From: an uncultured Candidatus Sumerlaeota bacterium
GTDB lineage: Bacteria > Sumerlaeota > Sumerlaeia > MWCT01 > JAUWMI01
NCBI GenBank assembly: GCA_964454265.1
Contig: CAYVXD010000006.1
Location: 140 to 64,139 of the forward strand
Length of the DNA stretch: 64,000 nucleotides
Direction: 5' to 3'
Positions 44,902 to 54,400 of this stretch are shown here, piece by piece. Both the position numbers and the translations under genes were made by a program. A model generated the notes under the pieces. It did no database searches. It saw nothing but the letters and a program-made list of their open reading frames with translations, and was not told where the DNA came from. Within the stretch, counting starts at the first letter, position 1; every line of letters begins with the position of its first letter.

Positions 44902-45599
44902 GGTACCTCTCCCAGAAAGTAGCGGACGATTCCGTGCGTACGCGGGATCACGCGAACGTTGTGAAGACCGGAGGCCAGCAGCAGACCCTTGAGCTGCTCA
45001 GGATCGGGAAATGTGTGAATAGAATGCTGTAAATAGCCGTAGGCGTGGCTACGTGTTAACCAGTAGCCAATGCGAGGCAGCACGCGGGTCAAGTAGAGGC
45101 GATAGAGATTTCGGAAGACTCCACGTGATGGAAGTGAGAATTCAAGGATAAGCACTTTTCCTCCGGGTCGGGTGACACGAGCCATTTCGCGTATTCCCTG
45201 GGCCAGATCACTAAGGTTGCGAAATCCAAAGGCAACGGTGACGAGGTCGAAAGATTGATCGGCGAAGGGGAGAGAAAGGCAATCAGCCTGAACCAGACAT
45301 GGCGAATTATTGAGTGATGCGCGTTGGATTTTGAGCCGGGCTTTTGTGAGCATGGCACGGGAGAAATCAAGGCCGACGATTACGGCATCAGGGCGAGCGG
45401 CTGCGGCAATACAGAGGGCCAGATCAGCCGTCCCGGTACACAAGTCAAGGACGCGGGTGACGTTGCCATTGAGCACCATTCTAGCTGCGAGGTGACGCCA
45501 GTGCTTATCAATATTTGCGCTGAGTAGATGATTCAGCAGATCGTAGGCTGGCGCTACGGTGTCGAACATTTTTTGAATCTGCAGGGCTGTTTCATCCAC
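44898..45599 (-). CDS. ubiE: Demethylmenaquinone/ubiquinone C-methyltransferase (UbiE/MenG)
   Basis: FDTVAPAYDLLNHLLS, the SAM motif VLDLCTGTADL, and FGFRNL. Confidence 0.85.
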   Translation of the reverse strand: MDETALQIQKMFDTVAPAYDLLNHLLSANIDKHWRHLAARMVLNGNVTRVLDLCTGTADLALCIAAAARPDAVIVGLDFSRAMLTKARLKIQRASLNNSPCLVQADCLSLPFADQSFDLVTVAFGFRNLSDLAQGIREMARVTRPGGKVLILEFSLPSRGVFRNLYRLYLTRVLPRIGYWLTRSHAYGYLQHSIHTFPDPEQLKGLLLASGLHNVRVIPRTHGIVRYFLGEVP

Positions 45600-45668
45600 G
45601 TGAATTTTCTCTTTGTAAGGACCGGGTTGTGCGGAGTGTCCTCTCTGGTCTAGAGAAGTTCAATGACA

Positions 45669-45911
45669 CTAGTGGTAAGCATGGCCGCTCGTGATAGAGA
45701 TTCTGGGTCGCTCGCCAAGGCACCGGTCTTCGTGGAGACCAAAAATAGTGGCTCCGGTGACGGCAATAAACTGCTCCTTGGAATTCAGCAAGTCTGAAGG
45801 CCGACGATTATAGAGTAGGTGCACTTTGCCCTTGATGCGGTTCTGAAGGGTCTCGAAGACGACGGGGATGGTCTGCTTATTCACGAAATGCACATTTTTG
45901 GATTGCACCAT
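45669..45911 (-). CDS. Small hypothetical protein (80 aa)
   Basis: An in-frame ATG at 45911 is preceded by AGAGG. It is the first gene upstream of ubiE on the same strand. I recognise no family. Confidence 0.35.
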   Translation of the reverse strand: MVQSKNVHFVNKQTIPVVFETLQNRIKGKVHLLYNRRPSDLLNSKEQFIAVTGATIFGLHEDRCLGERPRISITSGHAYH

Positions 45912-46431
45912 TGTGTATGCCTCTGCTTGATGAAAGTTATCCGCCACACCTAAGACTGGTGTATCATGAATCTTACGTATATCCTGGCGGCTGCATGAAT
46001 TGCAAGGCAGAATTCAGAGCATGCGGGCTTATCCCGACGAGCAGCGGTGGGAAGAGAGTTCCCATGGCGAAATGAGTGGTTAATTAAGCCCGATATAGGG
46101 AGTTTGTTGGAAAATGGCATATGCAGAGGTGCAGAGACTCGACGTGCGTAGGTACGTATTTTAATGGGGTTGAGGCGCATTAATGTTTGACAGGCAACGT
46201 GCAATCTTTTAAGAGTGCATGCTAGTCATTTGACAAGAGGGATAGAGGTAGAGCAAGCAATTTCAAGTCGGTAGATTGGCACGAGCAGAAAGAAGCACCT
46301 ATTGCGAGGTGTTTAATGCACCCAGGCGCATGAATGTGAGCAATGCTGGCATGGACTGGTGGCGCAGAGCGGATATTGAGTGTCAGCGGCCAGCGGGCTA
46401 ATTATTCTATCGTGCTACAAGGTGGTGTGTC

Positions 46432-46950
46432 ATGGCAAAAGAGAAACAGCGGCCGTCGGCATTAGTCATTTTTGCGTTCATTCTGGCATTGATGGCGTTT
46501 TTGATGGCTGCTGCGGCCCTGTTCGTGGCTTATGACAGTGGGAAGTTTACACGTCGAGTCCGCGCTCTGATTGAATTACCGGGATCGGTGAATAAGAAAA
46601 CGCTGGAGGATGAATGGGGTCGGATTCAAGAGAAGTTTGCTGACGCGAAAGAGTCTCTAGTGGAATACAAGGATACGAATCTTACGGCTGCCAAGCTGGA
46701 AGAAGCAAAAGAGATGTTGGTGAACTATAAGGAAAAGATCACACCGGAATATCAGAAGAAGGTTCAGGCGCTAGCCGAAAGGACCAACTCGGTCATTGAG
46801 GCAGTGAAAGAGCGGGGCAAGAATGCGGGAGAGAAACTAGATGGATTGATGCGGGCAGTGGACCGGGTGTTTAAGCCTGAAGCTGCGGAGCCAGAGGAAG
46901 AAGAGGCAGCGTTGCAAAAGACAGCGCCCGAGGGCACGCCGACAGACTAA
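46432..46950 (+). CDS. Membrane-anchored helical (coiled-coil-like) protein
   Basis: RBS is AAGGTGG. One N-terminal TM segment (ALVIFAFILALMAFLMAAAALFV). The remainder is K/E-rich and helical with an acidic tail. Confidence 0.6.
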   Translation: MAKEKQRPSALVIFAFILALMAFLMAAAALFVAYDSGKFTRRVRALIELPGSVNKKTLEDEWGRIQEKFADAKESLVEYKDTNLTAAKLEEAKEMLVNYKEKITPEYQKKVQALAERTNSVIEAVKERGKNAGEKLDGLMRAVDRVFKPEAAEPEEEEAALQKTAPEGTPTD

Positions 46951-47012
46951 GAATAGAGCAGCCGCGCGTGGTCAGGTCAGAAGCGGTGATCAACCCTAAG
47001 GAGGATTTCTGA

Positions 47013-49619
47013 ATGCAAGCTAGAGAAAGGTGCGCCAGTTTTTCGCGATGGTTTATAGGATCGGTGGGACTGATTTTAATGGTTCTTTCGGCGTGTACGT
47101 TTTTTGTTCGGCGAGAAGGCGAGTTGCGGCCGGGAGTTAAAGTGACGAACCCAGCAGTAGAACGGGGTGAACTGCGGGCAGAAAAGATTACTGATCGGCG
47201 AGACCTAACGATGGGAGGCTGGGCACAAGGCACGCTGGGAGATTACCTTTTGGAGAACAAGCGGATCAAGATCGTTGTGAGTGATCCATTGCACGTAACG
47301 GGTAAGGTGCAGAGTGGTGGCGAGATTATTGATGTCGCCAGAACAGAGGATAGCCTGGACTACTTCGGGCATCTCTATACACGATATACGAGCGGCAATA
47401 TCCTGCCCTACCGATTCACGGCAATTTCAACGAAGCTCACGGGCTACGAAAACGATGCGGTTGGGGTGATTGTGACAGGGGAAGACGTTGAACACCCGGG
47501 GATTCTGGTGCAGAATGAGTACATTCTGGAGCCGAATAGCAATGTCTTGCGTATTGTAACGCGCCTGACGAATCCGACCACGGCGACGCTGTCAATGACT
47601 CCGGTTGGTGATGACGTTGAGTGGGGTGCTACGAGTATCTTTGTGGGCGGATACGGCGTTCCACATCAACGTGGTGCTGTTGTTACAGAATCGGATTGGC
47701 TGTGCGGCTTTGCTGACAGCTTTTCCGTGGGCATTGTGACAAAGCAAGGGAAGATTAAAGGAACTCACATGGGCACAACCTCAGAGCTGACATACCAAGA
47801 GGCGACTCTGGCGCCCCAACAGAGCCTGAGCTACGAGCGGTATCTTATGGTGGCGGACAAGAGTCTTTCAAGGATCTCAGACTTTGCTTACGAGTTAAAG
47901 GATATTCCGTACGGCTACATTGCAGGCCGGGTGCTGGAGATGACGACCCAGAAGCCAATTGCGGACGCAGATATACGTATTATTTCAGGCCGGGTGAAAG
48001 GCGAGCCGCTGCCGGCTAGGCCTTTTACGCGCAGTTATACGAATGCGGATGGGGAGTTTAACCTGATGGTCCCCGGTGAAGCGAGCTATTTCATGCAGGT
48101 GAGCGCGTTCGGACGCGAAGCAGAGCAGCGCCGGCTGAGTTTTAGCGTCTTAACAGGGGCGTCGTACGTAACTGATATCCAGGTTTCGCCACCTAATGTT
48201 TTCCATTATCGGGTAGTTGATGCAGATACGGGGAAGTTGCTTCCATGCAAGATAACGTTTCTCGCTATTCCTCCAACAGAACACCTTGATTTTGGGCCGC
48301 CGGTGAAGGCTGAAGGAGCCCGGAATGCCTATTGCTCTGCAACGGGTGAAGGCGAGATTGTTGTATCGGCAGGGCAGTATCGAGTAATTATCAGCCGCGG
48401 GATTGAATATACAACATTTGAGAAGGAAATGGCAATTACGTACGGTAGCGAGAATCGGCTGGAAGCACAATTGAAACGCGTAATAGACACGTCGGGTTAC
48501 GTGAGTGCAGATATCGGGGTGCGAACTGAGCAGTCGTATGACTGCCCTGTTTCTGCGCGTGATCGGGTGATTGCCGCTGCTGCAGAGGGTGTGGAATACA
48601 TTGTAACGGGTGATACTAATTATGCAACCGATCTGGGGCTTACCATTCGGGAGCTTGGTCTCGAGATGATTGTGAATAGCTGTCCAGGGAAACGTATCGA
48701 GTTTATGGGAGAGGATACGACAGGTAAGTTTCTTGTGTTTCCCGTGCAGGCTGATACAGGTGGCGCCGCTGAGGTTTCGCAGGCCCCCGAAACAGTGCCT
48801 GCAAGGCTTTTTCGGTATTTGCGCAAGACGTATCCGGGCGCTCTGGTGGCGGTTGACCGTCCGCTTTTCCCTGACGAGGGTTACTTTACTCTGTTTGGAT
48901 ATAACCCTAAATCAGGGCAGGTGGAGCAACAGAAAGGGTTTTCGTATGATTTTGATGCATTGTTGATCTGGGAGGGCAAGCGCATGGGAGCGATCCGCGA
49001 TGCGCGTGAGCTGATGTATCAGATGCTATTCCAAGAGCACTCCTATATGCCAATCGGGGGCTCGAATTCGCGCTTTACTTTTGGAGAAGAGACGGGCTAC
49101 CCACGGGTGTATTTTGCATCGCCGTCGGACAACCCGGCGGAGGTTACTAAAGAAGCATTCGTGAAAGCGATCCAGGCGGGGCAGGTCATCGTTACGAATG
49201 GCCCCCTTATTCGCTTTACGGTGAATGGCCAAGGCCCTGGATCGCTGGTAACGGACACGGACGGCGTGGTGGATTGTGTGCTGGAGGTGTATGCTGCGCC
49301 CTGGGTAGATGTGGAAGTGATCGAAATAGCTAAGGACGGGATTTTTGCAAAACAAATCTATCAGCCTTCAATCACGGAGATTCAGCGCTATCCACGCCAG
49401 CGGACGCCGGATGCGGGGCGATTCCAGCTGCGGGCGACGCAGGACGTGATTATTGACGTGATAGTGCGAGGTCGCAAGTCCATGGATCCGGTGGTTGCGC
49501 CATTCTCCTATGAAGAGGGAGGGGGCGTCGTGCCTTTTGCGATAACCGGGCCGATTTTTGTTGATGCTAATGGAAACGGAAAATATGATCCTCCGCCTGC
49601 GGACAGGCGCGGCTGGTAA
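47013..49619 (+). CDS. Large lipoprotein with a CarboxypepD_reg-like domain and a CehA/McbA (PHP)-like C-terminal region
   Basis: RBS is AAGGAGG. Lipobox is LMVLSAC. GYIAGRVLE...TNADGEFNLMVPG resembles a carboxypeptidase-regulatory fold. GYPRVYFASPSD...QAGQVIVTNGPLIRF resembles CehA/McbA-type PHP hydrolases. Confidence 0.6.
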   Translation: MQARERCASFSRWFIGSVGLILMVLSACTFFVRREGELRPGVKVTNPAVERGELRAEKITDRRDLTMGGWAQGTLGDYLLENKRIKIVVSDPLHVTGKVQSGGEIIDVARTEDSLDYFGHLYTRYTSGNILPYRFTAISTKLTGYENDAVGVIVTGEDVEHPGILVQNEYILEPNSNVLRIVTRLTNPTTATLSMTPVGDDVEWGATSIFVGGYGVPHQRGAVVTESDWLCGFADSFSVGIVTKQGKIKGTHMGTTSELTYQEATLAPQQSLSYERYLMVADKSLSRISDFAYELKDIPYGYIAGRVLEMTTQKPIADADIRIISGRVKGEPLPARPFTRSYTNADGEFNLMVPGEASYFMQVSAFGREAEQRRLSFSVLTGASYVTDIQVSPPNVFHYRVVDADTGKLLPCKITFLAIPPTEHLDFGPPVKAEGARNAYCSATGEGEIVVSAGQYRVIISRGIEYTTFEKEMAITYGSENRLEAQLKRVIDTSGYVSADIGVRTEQSYDCPVSARDRVIAAAAEGVEYIVTGDTNYATDLGLTIRELGLEMIVNSCPGKRIEFMGEDTTGKFLVFPVQADTGGAAEVSQAPETVPARLFRYLRKTYPGALVAVDRPLFPDEGYFTLFGYNPKSGQVEQQKGFSYDFDALLIWEGKRMGAIRDARELMYQMLFQEHSYMPIGGSNSRFTFGEETGYPRVYFASPSDNPAEVTKEAFVKAIQAGQVIVTNGPLIRFTVNGQGPGSLVTDTDGVVDCVLEVYAAPWVDVEVIEIAKDGIFAKQIYQPSITEIQRYPRQRTPDAGRFQLRATQDVIIDVIVRGRKSMDPVVAPFSYEEGGGVVPFAITGPIFVDANGNGKYDPPPADRRGW

Positions 49620-49867
49620 CAGACGATCAGGCGCAGGGCCATAAGCGCGCGATGGCGGTGGGCAGTTGCCAAACGATGGGCGAATACTTGTACGCCTCTG
49701 GCGTATTGGCGGTACAACAGGAGGGGCTGTGCCCCTCTTATTTTTTGGTGCATACCCGGACGGTTCCTGTCTGGAATGTATATGGTGTCCGCATAGTTCC
49801 TTTTCAGATGTGCAACGCGATGAATCTACAATATGGGGCATAAGAGTTACCTGGAGATATTGAGCCG

Positions 49868-51076
49868 ATGAAGCGACTGATCATTGTCGTCGGACTGGTG
49901 TTGGTTGGTGTGGGCGGTGGGATTTACATCTACAGCACTGCGCGCTCACGTGATCTATTGGCAGAGCAGATTAAAAACATCCTGGAGGTGGAGATTAGAG
50001 TACCGGCAGTTAACCCCGGCGCGCCACTGCTGCTTTTGGAAAATAATATTGAGTCGGTTGAGCTGGTAGCGCGCACTCGACTCGCTGTCGAGACCAGGCT
50101 TGGTATTCGAACGCGCAAGGAGGAATTACAATGGAGCGCAAGCGCAGGTAAGCTTTCCGTCGGATCAAAAGATACAAAGAGCGTCTGGTGGCCACCGGCC
50201 ATAGGCACTCTGACTACCATTCGAATAGAGTACCGGGGCTGGTTTGAGCGGTTTCCTGAAACTTTGCTGTGGGGTCCTGTTGTTGTGGAGAAGTCGTGTG
50301 AGGTGAGTGTTTTGCCTGCGACGCCGTTGCACCTGCTTCGTGATGGTGTGATTGACGGCTTTACAATAGGTGAATATTTAGACCCTCGCAGCACAGTGAC
50401 TTTGCAGCGCTACGGTGACGAGGCGGTCTGGATTCGCCTGTATCCCGAGGCATATTTACCTCCAGATGGTTTCTATAAAGTGACAGCGGAAAATAAAGAC
50501 TTGCCAATCTCCAAGCATTTCACCTTAGGGATATTTGCCATGGACTACCCGTGGTATTCGCTTGGTTTTCCGCAATACATTGCACTCGATTATGGTCTGG
50601 TTGAAAAGTTAGAGGCATTAATTGCACTGATGGAAGCCGATGGGTATCCGGCGTCGGATTTTGCTTTCATCTATGGATTTCGGTCGCCTGCTTTCAACCT
50701 TGGCACCATGGAGGAGGATCACGAGTATACGCTGAAGGTTCCCTTTTCGCTGCACCAATATGGGAAAGCGGTAGATTTAGTAATTGATCATAATCACGAT
50801 CTGGTCATGGATGACTTGAATGGTGATGGGCGTGTTGATATTCATGATGCGGCAGTGATTATGCATTACGTAAATATTCTTGACCGTCAGTACCGAGAGA
50901 AAGGGAGCTGGCTGGTTGGAGGGGCCGGACTATACGAGCGCCATGATTTTCGGGGCCGCGTGCAGTCGCCCTATATTCACATTGACATGCGGGGATTTAC
51001 CAATGAGAGGGGCGAGCTGATTCGATGGCCAGGGTTCTGGCCTGATGGAACACGTATTCGATTCGGTCAGATATGA
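49868..51076 (+). CDS. Membrane-anchored peptidase M15A (DUF882/YcbK)-like protein with a dockerin/EF-hand-like insertion
   Basis: N-terminal TM segment. M15 motifs are YGFRSPAFN, SLHQYGKAVDL and YIHIDMRG. The insert DDLNGDGRVDIHDAAVIMHYVNILD lies between the zinc-ligand motifs. Confidence 0.65.
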   Translation: MKRLIIVVGLVLVGVGGGIYIYSTARSRDLLAEQIKNILEVEIRVPAVNPGAPLLLLENNIESVELVARTRLAVETRLGIRTRKEELQWSASAGKLSVGSKDTKSVWWPPAIGTLTTIRIEYRGWFERFPETLLWGPVVVEKSCEVSVLPATPLHLLRDGVIDGFTIGEYLDPRSTVTLQRYGDEAVWIRLYPEAYLPPDGFYKVTAENKDLPISKHFTLGIFAMDYPWYSLGFPQYIALDYGLVEKLEALIALMEADGYPASDFAFIYGFRSPAFNLGTMEEDHEYTLKVPFSLHQYGKAVDLVIDHNHDLVMDDLNGDGRVDIHDAAVIMHYVNILDRQYREKGSWLVGGAGLYERHDFRGRVQSPYIHIDMRGFTNERGELIRWPGFWPDGTRIRFGQI

Positions 51077-51275
51077 TTTCCGAATCATCTGTGGAAAGCA
51101 GAAAAAAGATTGCTTTTTATATGCCTTTCCGAAGATATTTAGATAGATTTTTATAGCTGCTTTATGAGGGGAGAAATTTGATTTTAAGTTGGGCGTTCTC
51201 AACAGAGGGTATGAGGTGCGCATAAAGTATATGGCTCTTTGTCAAATAAGTTAGCATTGTTTGATGAAAGATAGT

Positions 51276-51324
51276 CCCCTCACCTTAATCCTCTCCCCAT
51301 CGGGGAGAGGGATGGGGTGAGGGG
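51276..51324. repeat. Nested GC-rich hairpin cccctcacc..cctctcccc-atc-ggggagagg..ggtgagggg
   Basis: The inner 9-bp and outer 9-bp stems are both perfect. It lies between the M15-like gene and the kinase gene. Confidence 0.8.
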
Positions 51325-51408
51325 GCTAGAAGAACAAATTGTTATTGACGCAACCTTATCTACAAAAGGCTCAAGAATCTCTATTTACCATCTGTTTCGA
51401 TCACTAGT

Positions 51409-54400
51409 TTGCTAACCTATCTGATAAAGAGCCAAGTATGTAATGGGGGTAAGCGTTTGGAACTGAGACGCAAGGGAAGAGAGACGTGGTGGTCGCGGAT
51501 TGCAGGGCCGTTCGTGGTGGCTCTGTTGCTCGTGCTCTGCGGAAGTGCACTGGCCGAATCAGACTATCCTATTCTCTGGCAGAAACGACTTGCCCTGCGG
51601 GTAATGAATGATCCTGTGGTTGCGGATCTCAATGCTGATGGGGAGTACGAAATTGTCCTGTCGGATGTTCGAGGTAACTTGGTTGCCCTTTTTGCATCAA
51701 GTGGGAAGCGCTACTGGACATGCAGCGTTTGCCGGGCAGCATTGACTGCGCCGGTGGTGGGGAATTTCACTGGTGACGGGACATGGGACATAGCAGTGGG
51801 TGGAGCAGACGGAAGACTGTATTTAGTAGATGGAGCAACGGGCAAGAGTATGGGAAGCTGGCAGGTAGGGAATAGCATTTACAGTGCGCCGACCGTGTTG
51901 GCTTTACCTGGTGCAGATCTGAATGGTAAGGATGGGCTATTAATCATTGATGGCCAAGGGACGGTTCTCCTGTACGAGATTGATTACGGAGCGGCACTGG
52001 AGCAATGGCGTTTCGCTACGGCTGCGCGTGTCACTGCACCCGCCTCGGCGGGCCATGTGAGAAACCAGGAGAGAATGGACGCGGTGTTAGGCACTGCGAC
52101 AGGGGAGATCTGGGTTATTGACGTCGGCAGACCGGAGAACGCGCTTAAATATCAGCATCCTGCGGGGATGGTACCTTTGACAATTCTAGGGCTAGGGGAT
52201 ATGAACGGAGATGGGCTAGATGAGGTGGTGTTTGGCGATACCAGTGGGAATCTGTATGCCTTGAAGGCGACTGCAGAGGGTCTTCGGCCTGTGTGGAAAG
52301 AACGTGCGCTGTTCAATGTGCCGACGACTGATCCGATATTGACTGACCTGAATAATGATGGGAATGTGGATGTTGTGATTGCGACTGCGAAGAGTTTATT
52401 TGCTTTTGATGGAATGACAGGCTCAAAACTGTGGCTCAAGGATTATATTTTGCATTTTAGTATGACTACGTCGCTTGGGCTGGTAACTACGGACCAGGCA
52501 GAGAGTTTTCTGACGTTCGGGGATGAAGAGGGCAACTGGCACGTGGTGAATGGGGCGGAGGGTAAAGAGACTGCATATCTTCTGCACCGGGGTATTCACG
52601 ATCATACTCCGCTGGTACTGGATGCAACTGGTGATGGGCAGGCGGATGTCTTCTTCGTCGCGTCCAATACACGGAAGGTAACGGTGTTTTCGACCCCATT
52701 TTCTTTGCCAGAGCGGACTGGTCTGGCGTGGCAGACGCGCGGGGGAAATCTAGCTCGGAATTGTCGGTGGGATGAAGGGTATTTTGCCAGGATCGCAGCC
52801 CAGAATACCAAGCTGCGTCAGCAGATCGATATTTTCCTGCAAGCTGCGAAGACGGAAGTGAGTCAGAAGAACTGGGAAGCTGCTCTTTCGGTTTCTGCGG
52901 ACGTGCTGCGGATTAATCCACGGCATCGCGAGGCGAGGTGGCTAAGGCTATACGCTTGGGTGCGCTCCCACATTGCACTGCTCTTGCTCTCTTGTGTGGC
53001 CGGCCTGTCGGTAGTCTTGTGCGTGATGCTGATCGGGCTTCGAGCGCTGCGGCGCTATCGGGCAGTGAAAAAAGCAGATACGGCTGTTACTCAAGATCGC
53101 CTGGACGAGGCGGCCAGGCTATACCTGAGAGTTCTTGCAAAGGATCCAGTTAATCAACGGGTAAATGTTTCGTTGGCTCTGGTGTTAATCAAGCTGGGCG
53201 ATTTTGGTCGCGATTCTATTCCGGTGTTTGAACGGGCGTATCGTGTTCGGTCTGGCGATCCCGCTATACTCAAGGCGCTGGCCACGGCCTACTCACGAGC
53301 TGCTCTGGTTGACGATAATGCGCTGAGAGTTTACCTGGATGCGGTGGAGTTGTTTGAAGAGAGAGGCGTTCTGGAATATCTGATCGGGAAGATTTACGAG
53401 CGCAAGAGACAGCTGGAATTGGCGGCGCGCTATTTTCGGAATGCGCTTCGGGCTGGGTTGGAGCATGATGACGTGTATAGGACTTTGGCTGACGTGTATC
53501 TGCAGCTTGGGTTCCGGACGGCCCGCAATCTAGCGGTATTCGAGCGTGTCCACCGCGTGAATCCTTCGAATCAAGCATACCTCGAGGCGCTGTGTGACGC
53601 ATACGTTGATGCGAAAAAGATGGATGATGGGGCACAACGTATTTACAAGCAAGTGCTTGCGGTGAATCCCCGCTATATCCCTGCAATGCGACAGTTAGCT
53701 GAAATTCGGATTCACAACGGTGCTGTAAAAGAGGCTACAGTATTTGCGCAACAGATTCTGTCTCTTGATCCTGACAACGCGCACGGGCTGTTGCTGTTAA
53801 GCCATTGCTATCTGCGTGAAGGGCGAAATGATCCCGAGGCCCTGGGTATATACGAGCAGGCGCTTGTACATTTTCCAGATGATCGTGAGATTCTGAAGAC
53901 GATAGCACAGATTTACTTTTCGCAAAACCGGCTGAGTGATGCAGCAGTCGAGCTGTATCATCGATCGTATAGTGCCAATCCCAAGGATGTTGTAGTCCTG
54001 CTCGCCTTGGCTAAGGTTGCGCGGGAGAGAAACAACGCAGATCTGGGCATTAAGGCGATTGAACAGCTCAACGCACTGGGTCACTGGTCAAATGAGCTGG
54101 CATTGCAGCTGGCAGAGGCTTACGCACAGAACAATGTCGTGGAGCTGAAAGCCGAACGGGTTTACCGTGAGGCCGTGAAGGCGTATCCGCACGATACCCG
54201 TTACAAGACGCTGCTTTCCCATGTGTTCCTCAAGCAAGGCAAAACGATTCCAGAAGCCATTGCAATGTATGAAGCAGTCCTGAAATCGAATCCCCTTGAC
54301 CTGGCATTTGGACGCCAGTTGCTGAAGGCGTATAATAAGAACGCACGCTATGAAGATGCTCTTCGGCTGGCTCCGCAGATGTTAAAGGCTTACCCAGACG

